The notes below the pieces were generated by a model that saw only the letters and a program-made list of their open reading frames with translations, searched no databases and was not told the origin of the DNA. A stretch of 32,635 nucleotides of DNA from a candidate division WOR-3 bacterium. GTDB lineage: Bacteria; Hydrothermota; Tepidihabitantia; SM23-42; JAOAFX01. The translations under genes and the position numbers were made by a program. The stretch is from assembly GCA_037444665.1 (NCBI GenBank), contig JBBILZ010000026.1, forward strand, positions 1 to 32,635, given 5' to 3'. Positions within the stretch are counted from its first letter, which is position 1. The number at the start of each line of letters is the position of its first letter. Shown here piece by piece: positions 25,798 through 32,635 of the stretch.

Positions 25798-26280
25798 TTA
25801 TATAAAGAGTGTAATCTGTGCCTTTGAGGCATGCTCAAGATAAGTGGCAACTCCCACAACATCTTTTATATTATCAATCAATTCTTCTCTTTTTAAGCCC
25901 ATTACATTCATTGACATTTCGCAGGCATAAAGATTCACACCGAGTTGATTCGCAATATCAATCAATTCAGGTAATGAGGCGACCTTCTTCTTTTTCATCA
26001 CATCCTTCATCATATTTGTGCCGATGCCCATCATATGCATTTTTGATAAAGCGAGTTTGTCAGCACCTCTGGGTAACATCATACCGAACATTTTTTCTAT
26101 AAATGATTTCCCTTTTACCTTCACACCGTCTTTTCGCAAAGCACTCAGACCCCAAAATGTGAAGAACATATCAACCCGCATCCCTGAAGCAGCACCTGTC
26201 GTCCCGATTATGAAGGCAGCAAGGCACTTATCAAGGTCGCCACTAAAGACAATTATGGAAACTCTTTCTTGTTCTGCCAT
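25798..26280 (-). CDS. DsrE2 (DsrE/DsrF/DrsH-like) family protein
   Basis: SIIVFSGDLDK, MFFTFWGL, LYACEMSM, GVATYL. Confidence 0.9.
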   Translation of the reverse strand: MAEQERVSIIVFSGDLDKCLAAFIIGTTGAASGMRVDMFFTFWGLSALRKDGVKVKGKSFIEKMFGMMLPRGADKLALSKMHMMGIGTNMMKDVMKKKKVASLPELIDIANQLGVNLYACEMSMNVMGLKREELIDNIKDVVGVATYLEHASKAQITLFI

Positions 26281-26289
26281 TGTTACTCC

Positions 26290-26520
26290 TTATTTATCTT
26301 TTCTAATATATGCTTTTATTAATTCCGGTGTTTCGTTGATTTGTACCAAGGTTTGTCCGGTCTTCCTGCACCAGGCTTCAACATCCGGAACAAAAGAGGG
26401 GTCAGATGCAAGAACTTCTAAAATTTCTCCTATTTTCATTTCCTTGATTGCCTGGGAAAGTTTTACTATGGGCATTGGACAGGAGAGCCCCCGGGCATCA
26501 AGTGTGCTATTAATATTCAT
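26290..26520 (-). CDS. tusA: TusA/SirA family sulfur carrier (start ATG 26520)
   Basis: LDARGLSCPMP motif, DVEAWC; SD GAGGTG before ATG 26520. Confidence 0.9.
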   Translation of the reverse strand: MNINSTLDARGLSCPMPIVKLSQAIKEMKIGEILEVLASDPSFVPDVEAWCRKTGQTLVQINETPELIKAYIRKDK

Positions 26521-26536
26521 AGAATCACCTCGGTTT

Positions 26537-26564
26537 ATTATAATGATTGCAATCGCAAAGTCAA
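26537..26564 (-). promoter_or_regulatory. Sigma70 promoter TTGACT-N16-TATAAT for the sulfur-relay operon, with palindrome GATTGCAATC in the spacer
   Basis: agtcaa 26559-26564, attata 26537-26542, palindrome 26545-26554. Confidence 0.7.
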
Positions 26565-26622
26565 TATCTATTAAAACCACCAAATTTCTTTAATATCCTA
26601 TGTTCTCGCAACTCATTTTTTG

Positions 26623-26650
26623 TTGACACCATATATAAAATATATATAAT
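26623..26650 (+). promoter_or_regulatory. Sigma70 promoter TTGACA-N16-TATAAT for the ACAD/ETF operon
   Basis: Perfect consensus hexamers at 26623-26628 and 26645-26650. Confidence 0.7.
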
Positions 26651-26845
26651 TGTCTGATTGCCTGGCAATTTATTTATGAGTTTCAAAGTGGTCAGTTATG
26701 GAGTGCTATCAGTAACTGACAAGGGCGGTAGCCTGTTCAAATAATAATTTGATGTGTGAAAAATGTGTGATGATTATCCTGCGACGCAATGTTGAAACGT
26801 GTTGCGAAACCATTCAACAATTAACGATTTTTTCAAAGGAGTATT

Positions 26846-27943
26846 ATGGCTTTGATAAAATTTAATAGTGAACAAAAATTAATTCAAAATGAGGTAAGAA
26901 AATTTGTTCTGCAAGAGATTGAACCAATATCTTCTGATATAGAAAAGAATGGCAAAATTCCTGAAGAAATCTTTAAAAAACTTGCTGAACTTGGGTTTTT
27001 GTATCCAATTATCCCGATTGAGCCTGGTGGTGCAGGGCTTGATAGTACGAGTCTATGCATTATAATTGAAGAGTTATCCCGAGCCTGTGGCTCTCTTGGT
27101 TTTATTATTGCAGTAAATAATGGACTTGTGGGGTTTGCATTGAATAAATACGGAAAAGAAAAATTTAAAACATATTCAAGCAGACTCACCAGCGGGGAAA
27201 TCGCCGGGTTTGATTATGAAACTGGAATACAAAACGACATTAAAATTTTGCAGGGCAATCCATTGAAAATCACTGGTAAAAAAAGATTTATGTTAAATGC
27301 TGATATGGCAAGTTTTGTATTACTGAATATCAACACCGAGAATAGGGATGCTTTATTCATTCTTGATAATTTGAAAGAAAAAACGAAAATCTCAAAACCA
27401 TATCTCCTCGGAATGAAATCAGCAGGGATTGCTGATGTTGTTTTTGACCATATTGAAATACCTGAGGATTTCTGTCTTATTCAGGGTGCTGATTATAGCC
27501 AGGTAATATCACAGATTAGAGAATACTTTTGTTTCTGCCTTTCAGCAGTCTGTTTGGGTATTGCTGAAGCCGGTCTTGAGGCATCCATAAAGTATGCAAA
27601 AGAGAGAAAGCAGTTCAATAAGCCTATTTGCGAATTCCCGATGGTTCAGGAGATGATTGCGGAGATGAAGATAAAGATAGAAGCCACAAGAAATCTCATA
27701 TATGATGCTGCAAGTAGATTTGACAATGGTGAGGAATGCGGGCTTGCGTGTAGTATTACCCAGGCGACCGCAACTGAGGCTGCAGTCTATTGCGGCATAA
27801 AATCTGTCCAGATTTTTGGTGGCTATGGCTATACAAAGGATTATCCAGTTGAGCGGTATCTCAGGGATGCAAAATCAATCCAGGTATTGAGCGGATTACC
27901 AAGTAAATTAAGAGAGAAAATCGCCCAGGAATTACTTATTTAG
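26846..27943 (+). CDS. Acyl-CoA dehydrogenase family protein, non-catalytic-type subunit
   Basis: ACAD pattern with YAKERKQFNKPI and VQIFGGYGY..VERYLRDAK, but no TEPxAGSD and no catalytic Glu (QVLSGL instead of IxEGT). Confidence 0.88.
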   Translation: MALIKFNSEQKLIQNEVRKFVLQEIEPISSDIEKNGKIPEEIFKKLAELGFLYPIIPIEPGGAGLDSTSLCIIIEELSRACGSLGFIIAVNNGLVGFALNKYGKEKFKTYSSRLTSGEIAGFDYETGIQNDIKILQGNPLKITGKKRFMLNADMASFVLLNINTENRDALFILDNLKEKTKISKPYLLGMKSAGIADVVFDHIEIPEDFCLIQGADYSQVISQIREYFCFCLSAVCLGIAEAGLEASIKYAKERKQFNKPICEFPMVQEMIAEMKIKIEATRNLIYDAASRFDNGEECGLACSITQATATEAAVYCGIKSVQIFGGYGYTKDYPVERYLRDAKSIQVLSGLPSKLREKIAQELLI

Positions 27944-27960
27944 AGTTGGAACGAAAGTTT

Positions 27961-28161
27961 ATGAAAAAAATCTGGGTTCATAAAGCCAGTTCATTTAGTT
28001 ACGCAAACAAATTTGATGACGAATATTATTTAAAAATGGGAAGTTATAAAAGATTAGAGACTGTGCAATACCTGAGGGAGTTATTGTTTAAATTTAGAAA
28101 AAGAAAAGATGAAGGTAGAAAAAGATTACGAAGATTTATTAAGATTATTCAACAAATTTAA
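27961..28161 (+). CDS. Small basic hypothetical protein, probable partner of the downstream nucleotidyltransferase
   Basis: ATG 27961; 66 aa; overlaps the next gene by 53 nt; D-x-x-YY..RLE pattern recalls small genes preceding such NTases. Confidence 0.6.
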   Translation: MKKIWVHKASSFSYANKFDDEYYLKMGSYKRLETVQYLRELLFKFRKRKDEGRKRLRRFIKIIQQI

Positions 28162-28558
28162 AGTTAAATATTGTATTATTGGAGCATTCGCGGTTGCCTT
28201 TTATGCGCGACCAAGATATACAAAAGATATGGATATACTTATTGATGCGACTGAATCAAATGCAAGAAAAATAGTGCAGGCACTTAACGAATTCGGGTTC
28301 AAGAGCCTGGCATTAAAACCTGATGATTTTATAAAACCCAACATTGTAATCCAATTAGGTTATGAACCAGTAAGGATAGACCTTATTACTTCAATATCTG
28401 GTTGCACATTCAACAAAGTCTGGAAAAACAGAAAAAAAGGATGGTACGGTAGAGAGCGGGTTAATTTTATTGGTCTTAAAGAATTGATTAAAAATAAGAA
28501 GATTTCTTCGCGGAAACAAGACAAACTTGACCTTGAAATTCTTAAAAAGATTCTTTAG
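28109..28558 (+). CDS. Pol-beta superfamily nucleotidyltransferase (DUF6036-like)
   Basis: IIGAFAV...RYTKDMDILI, RIDLI, C-terminal K..SSRKQDKLDL. Confidence 0.8.
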   Translation: MKVEKDYEDLLRLFNKFKVKYCIIGAFAVAFYARPRYTKDMDILIDATESNARKIVQALNEFGFKSLALKPDDFIKPNIVIQLGYEPVRIDLITSISGCTFNKVWKNRKKGWYGRERVNFIGLKELIKNKKISSRKQDKLDLEILKKIL

Positions 28559-28603
28559 AAAAGCAAATTCGCCAATGAAATTTTTTGGCAATATCCTTTG
28601 ATT

Positions 28604-28849
28604 ATGTATAACTGGTCGGTTGACGAAAAGAAATTTAAAAAAGAAGACCCAGAAGGATACAAAATCTGGCGTCTTGTGCAGATTATAAATTATGGAAGTC
28701 CGGGTGATAGGCTGGATAGAAAACAGGTCAAAAAGTACTGGTTTGAGATAAAAGATAGAATAGACCCGTTGTACAAAGAATTTTTGGAACTATTACTATG
28801 GCCGAGAAAAAAGAAAGTATTCTTACTCACCAGCAGAAAAAGATTCTAA
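28604..28849 (+). CDS. Small protein, probable antitoxin of the AbiEii-like gene
   Basis: WSVD...RLVQIINYG pattern (DUF6922-like, from memory); overlaps the next gene by 52 nt. Confidence 0.65.
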   Translation: MYNWSVDEKKFKKEDPEGYKIWRLVQIINYGSPGDRLDRKQVKKYWFEIKDRIDPLYKEFLELLLWPRKKKVFLLTSRKRF

Positions 28850-29475
28850 ATTTAGTGGCAGAAGCACCTTATTTTTATAAAAGATTCTATCTTGCTGGAG
28901 GAACTGCGCTTTCTGGATTTTACTTAAAGCACAGAATTTCAGAAGACCTGGATTTCTTTTCTGAACATCAGGAAGTCAATCACCTTTACATAATAAATTT
29001 TTTTAAAAATAGGGCGAGTTCTCTAAAATTAGAAAAAATTGAGACAAAAAGGGTTTTTGGCTTGTTAACTTTATTCTTCCATTTTTCAGATAGGAGTGTT
29101 CTGAAAGTTGATTTTAATTATTATCCATTTCCTCGCATTGAAAAAGGGACAAAGTATAAAAATCTTGAAATAGAAAGTAGCTATGACATTGCAGTGGATA
29201 AGGTACATACAATTGCTTTAAATCCCCGGGCTCGTGATTATATTGATATCTACTTTGTGATTAAAGAAAAGAAATACGATTTTAAAAAACTCCTCCTTGA
29301 TGCCAAAGCAAAATTTGATTGGGATATTTCGCCTATTGATTTAGGAGCAAGATTGCTTGAAGGTTCTAAGCTCAGCGATTATCCGCGAATGATTAAAAAT
29401 ATTTCCCATCGTGAATGGAAGGAATTTTTTATCAATGAGGCATTAAAATTAAAAGATGAAATTTTCAAAAAATAA
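28798..29475 (+). CDS. AbiEii/AbiGii family nucleotidyltransferase toxin
   Basis: FYLAGGTAL..HRISEDLDFF, KVDF, K..RARDYIDIY. Confidence 0.9.
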   Translation: MAEKKESILTHQQKKILNLVAEAPYFYKRFYLAGGTALSGFYLKHRISEDLDFFSEHQEVNHLYIINFFKNRASSLKLEKIETKRVFGLLTLFFHFSDRSVLKVDFNYYPFPRIEKGTKYKNLEIESSYDIAVDKVHTIALNPRARDYIDIYFVIKEKKYDFKKLLLDAKAKFDWDISPIDLGARLLEGSKLSDYPRMIKNISHREWKEFFINEALKLKDEIFKK

Positions 29476-29489
29476 TAAGGGTGGTGTCT

Positions 29490-30611
29490 ATGATTTTAAG
29501 CGAAAAACATAAAACATTTAGAGAAAAGGTGAGGGTATTTGCTGATAATGAAGTTGCGCCCAGGGCAAAGGAGATTGATAAAAAGGGCGAGTTTCCCTGG
29601 GACCTATTTAAGCGGATGGCAGAATTAGAACTGCTCGGAATTTATGTTCCAAAAGAATATGGCGGTGCTGGATTAGATGTTCTTTGTTATGCTATCGCGG
29701 TAGAGGAGATCGGCAGGGTCTGCGGCTCAACCGGTATATTCCTTGCTGCACATTCATCATTGGGTGTCTTTCCAATATACTATGCGGGTACTGAAGAACA
29801 GAAAAAGAAATGGCTCATTCCTCTAGCTCGCGGTGAAAAGATAGGTTCATTCGGTCTGACCGAACCCAATGCAGGAAGCGATGCTGCAGGCACCCAGACA
29901 AGATTTCAGCTCGTCGGCGACAAATATATCATCAATGGCACAAAACGTTTCATCACCTCAGGCCATATTGCGGATGTGATTATCTTCACTGCGACAAAAG
30001 ACCCAGCGCTCGGTTATAAAGGCATTTCAGCATTTGTAGTAGAAAAAGGCACACCTGGATTTATACCAGGAAAAGAAGAGGATAAACTCGGTCTACGCGG
30101 TTCAGTCACTTCTGAATTGATATTTGAGGATTGTGTTATTCCGAGAGAAAATATCCTGGGAAAAGAGGGTGATGGTTTTAAGGTTTTTATGGAGACCCTT
30201 GATGGCGGAAGAATATCAATTGGGGCTTTGGCACTCGGTATTGCCCAGGGTGCACTTGATGCATCAATTAAATTCGTTCAGGAGAATAATTTAACAAAGA
30301 ATCAGTCAATTCAATCAATGATTGCTGAGATGTCAACAGAGATTGAGGCAGCAAGATTACTTGTGTATCATGCTGCACAGTTAAAAGATGCAGGTCTGCC
30401 TTATTTGGAAGAATCAGCAATGGCAAAGTATTATGCCTCAACAATTGGTATGAAGGCAACGAGCATGGCAATAGATATTCACGGATTGCTCGGTATTACT
30501 GATGAATATCCGGTGGAAAGATTTTTACGTGATGAGAAATTGATGGAGATTGGCGAAGGTACGAGCGAAATCCAGAAGATTGTCATTGCCAGACAGATAC
30601 TGGGGAAATGA
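29490..30611 (+). CDS. Acyl-CoA dehydrogenase, catalytic-type subunit lacking trans FAD contacts (track start 29481)
   Basis: GSFGLTEPNAGSD, NGTKRFIT, KLGLRGS, IGEGTSEIQ present; RxQFGxPI segment missing and QIxGGYG changed to DIHGLLG. Confidence 0.92.
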   Translation: MILSEKHKTFREKVRVFADNEVAPRAKEIDKKGEFPWDLFKRMAELELLGIYVPKEYGGAGLDVLCYAIAVEEIGRVCGSTGIFLAAHSSLGVFPIYYAGTEEQKKKWLIPLARGEKIGSFGLTEPNAGSDAAGTQTRFQLVGDKYIINGTKRFITSGHIADVIIFTATKDPALGYKGISAFVVEKGTPGFIPGKEEDKLGLRGSVTSELIFEDCVIPRENILGKEGDGFKVFMETLDGGRISIGALALGIAQGALDASIKFVQENNLTKNQSIQSMIAEMSTEIEAARLLVYHAAQLKDAGLPYLEESAMAKYYASTIGMKATSMAIDIHGLLGITDEYPVERFLRDEKLMEIGEGTSEIQKIVIARQILGK

Positions 30612-30612
30612 A

Positions 30613-30672
30613 TGCAGTATCGCTGCGCTTGCAGTATCACTTTGTTTACAGGATCGTCCGCCACTGGCGGAC
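30613..30672. repeat. Left repeat arm: TGCAGTATC-type units at 17-nt period plus hairpin GTCCGCCA-C-TGGCGGAC
   Basis: Units at 30613, 30630, 30647 (TACAGGATC); palindrome 30656-30672. Confidence 0.85.
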
Positions 30673-30683
30673 TTGTTTAAATA

Positions 30684-31076
30684 ATGAAGTTTAAATACGA
30701 AGATTTGGAAATCTGGCGTTTGGCGGTAGATTTAATAAAAAAGATATATCAAATACTCAAGAAATTTCCTGAGGATGAAAAATATGATTTGGTCTCACAG
30801 GGGAAAAGAGCGATTGTCTCAGTTGCCTTAAATATTGCCGAAGGAAGTGGAAGGAAGACTGATAAAGATTTTAGTTTATTCATTAATCGCGCGATTACTT
30901 CGCTTCAGGAGAGTGATGCTGTGCTTAAGATTGGAATATCTTTAGGGTATATAACGAAAGATGATTATTTAGTTATTGAACCATTGATTAAAGAAGAGTA
31001 TTATAAGTTAATTGCATTTGATAAGACATTACTCAAATGCTCTGTAAAGCGCAGACGTTATTCTGTAAAAAAGTAA
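30684..31076 (+). CDS. Four-helix-bundle protein (23S rRNA intervening-sequence protein/bAvd-like family)
   Basis: YEDLEIW, FPEDEKYDLVSQ, SVALNIAEGSGR, SLQE, LGYI. Confidence 0.92.
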   Translation: MKFKYEDLEIWRLAVDLIKKIYQILKKFPEDEKYDLVSQGKRAIVSVALNIAEGSGRKTDKDFSLFINRAITSLQESDAVLKIGISLGYITKDDYLVIEPLIKEEYYKLIAFDKTLLKCSVKRRRYSVKK

Positions 31077-31080
31077 TTTG

Positions 31081-31175
31081 GCAAGCCGCAGGCGATACTG
31101 CAAATCCCGAATTTTGTTTCGGGATGATACTGCAAATCCGCCAAGAATTGTGGCGGATGATACTGCAATTACTGC
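31081..31175. repeat. Right repeat arm: three GATACTGCAA units separated by hairpin spacers
   Basis: Units at 31094, 31126, 31159; spacers ATCCCGAA-ttttgt-TTCGGGAT and ATCCGCCA-agaattg-TGGCGGAT; the unit is the reverse complement of the left-arm unit. Confidence 0.9.
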
Positions 31176-31197
31176 TATTTTTAAATTAGGAGGTATT

Positions 31198-32340
31198 ATG
31201 AACTTTGATTTAACCAATGAACAAAAGATGCTTCAGGACCAGGTGCGAAAATTTGCAGAAGCTGAACTTGCACCTTTAGCACCGGAAATTGATAAATCAG
31301 GGAATTTTCCCTGGGATAACATAAAAAAGTGCGCAAAACAGGGATTAATGGGTATAGTTGTGCCTGAAAAATATGGTGGTTCAGGACTTGATTTTGTATC
31401 CCTGGCAATTGCGATAGAAGAGATTTCCAGGGTTTGCGCTACAACTGGCGTCATTGTAGCAGTTAATAATTCCCTCTGTACCTATCCGATTCTCACATTT
31501 GGAACAGAAGAACAGAAACAGAAATACCTGCCACAATTATGTAGTGGTGAAAAGATTGGTGCAATCGGTATTACTGAACCGAATGCAGGAAGCGATGTAG
31601 CAGGAATGGAGACAACCGCAAAACTTGATGGGGATTACTATATTCTCAATGGCACAAAGCGATTTATCACCAATGGAACTGAAGCAGGAGTATATGTAGT
31701 ATTTGCCTATACAAATAGAGAACTGAAACACAAAGGTATGAGTGCATTTATTGTGGAACGTGGCACTCCTGGCTTTAGCCTTGGTAAGCATGAAGATTTG
31801 ATGGGAATCAGGGCAAGTGGAAATTGTGAATTGATATTTGAAGATTGTAAAATTCCACGGGCAAATCTTTTAGGCAAAGAAGGCGATGGATTTAAGATTT
31901 GTATGAATACCCTTGATGTTTCACGGGTTGACATTGGTGCCCAGGCGGTAGGCGTTTCTCAGGCAGCGCTTGAAGCAGCAATAAAATACTCAAAAGAAAG
32001 AAAGGCATTTGGACAGCCTATCTGTGAATTTGAGATGATTCAGTCAATGCTGGCAGAGATGGCAACCCAGATTCATGCAGCAAGGTTATTGGTCTACTAT
32101 GCGGGTTTTTGTAAGGATAAAGGGATGCCCAGATTCTCTAAGGAGTCTGCAATGTGCAAATATTATGCAGCAACAATTGCAGTAGATGTGACAAGAAAGG
32201 CAGTGCAGATTTTTGGTGGTTATGGTTATACAAAAGATTATGCAGTAGAGCGATTCTATCGTGATGCAAAAATATTAGAACTCTATGAAGGCACGAGCGA
32301 AATCCAGAAAATTGTGATTGCAAGAGAACTTATTAAATAA
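31198..32340 (+). CDS. Canonical short-chain/butyryl-CoA-type acyl-CoA dehydrogenase (start ATG 31198)
   Basis: SD AGGAGG; MNFDLTNEQ; all motifs intact: ITEPNAGSD, ERKAFGQPI, VQIFGGYGY, LYEGTSEIQ. Confidence 0.95.
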   Translation: MNFDLTNEQKMLQDQVRKFAEAELAPLAPEIDKSGNFPWDNIKKCAKQGLMGIVVPEKYGGSGLDFVSLAIAIEEISRVCATTGVIVAVNNSLCTYPILTFGTEEQKQKYLPQLCSGEKIGAIGITEPNAGSDVAGMETTAKLDGDYYILNGTKRFITNGTEAGVYVVFAYTNRELKHKGMSAFIVERGTPGFSLGKHEDLMGIRASGNCELIFEDCKIPRANLLGKEGDGFKICMNTLDVSRVDIGAQAVGVSQAALEAAIKYSKERKAFGQPICEFEMIQSMLAEMATQIHAARLLVYYAGFCKDKGMPRFSKESAMCKYYAATIAVDVTRKAVQIFGGYGYTKDYAVERFYRDAKILELYEGTSEIQKIVIARELIK

Positions 32341-32346
32341 ATAAAA

Positions 32347-32508
32347 TGCAGGATCGCTGCGCTTGCAGTATCGTTTCACTTGCAGATGACGCAGTATCAC
32401 TTCGTTTGTAAAAGACAGGTATGCAAGCCACACGCGATACTGCAAGTCCCAAAGGGACGATACTGCAAATCCGCCAAGAATTGTGGCGGATGATACTGCG
32501 ATTACTGC
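32347..32508. repeat. Second, empty copy of the TGCAGTATC/GATACTGCAA repeat element
   Basis: Left units at 32347, 32364, 32381 (degenerate), 32390; right units at 32436, 32459, 32492; 41 nt at 32459-32499 identical to 31126-31166. Confidence 0.9.
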
Positions 32509-32529
32509 TTTTTTAAGGAAGGAGGTCAT

Positions 32530-32635
32530 TTGAATATCATTGTCTGCATAAAAAGGGTGCCTCAGACTGCTGAGGCAGATGTAAAAGTTGATGTTTCAGG
32601 TAAGGATATAGTTAAAGACCGTCTCGCCTTTGATA
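32530..32635 (+). CDS. etfB: Electron transfer flavoprotein beta subunit, N-terminal part (runs off the right edge)
   Basis: SD AAGGAGG, TTG start, MNIIVCIKRVPQTAEADVKVD matches the EtfB/FixA IxVCIKxVP start; follows ACAD genes. Confidence 0.85.
   Translation, partial: MNIIVCIKRVPQTAEADVKVDVSGKDIVKDRLAFD

Noticed and set aside
30684..31076. Diversity-generating retroelement or rRNA gene suggested by the bAvd/IVS-like protein
   Set aside because: No reverse transcriptase, no template/variable repeat pair with adenine-specific mismatches, and no rRNA sequence seen in the window.
31094..31168. CRISPR array
   Set aside because: Repeats are only 10 nt, spacers are short palindromes shared between loci, and no cas genes are present.
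31078..31197. 40-aa N-terminal extension of ACAD-3 (and the 32275-32529 minus ORF)
   Set aside because: These translate the repeat element; the strong SD supports ATG 31198.

Overview
AT-rich bacterial chromosomal window. Gene content suggests an anaerobe; candidate phylum WOR-3 is my guess from sequence style, not demonstrated. Left to right: two secreted-protein genes, lpdA, a tandem pair of class III cyclase-STAND NTPase-TPR genes, an rpsU-mutS2-dnaG-rpoD operon, a divergent lexA-dinB-dnaE2 mutagenesis cassette with a palindromic operator, a B12 radical SAM gene, rtcA, an eight-gene sulfur-relay operon (tusA, dsrE2, dsrEFH-like, DUF438-hemerythrin-PAS, ferritin-like, iscS-like), and an acyl-CoA dehydrogenase (ACAD)/ETF operon interrupted by two nucleotidyltransferase toxin-antitoxin-like pairs and a repeat-flanked four-helix-bundle gene. 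Main signals: (1) the two cyclase-STAND-TPR proteins carry complementary halves of the cyclase active site, implying an obligate heterodimer, and one also has a degenerate ATPase; (2) two ACADs are complementary in the same way, implying an alpha2beta2 enzyme; (3) the IscS homolog lacks its PLP lysine; (4) a GATACTGCAA repeat/hairpin-spacer element occurs once enclosing a gene and once empty; (5) a probable AUA start for an Smr-less MutS2; (6) mostly 16-bp promoter spacers. All calls come from manual motif reading; no searches were run.
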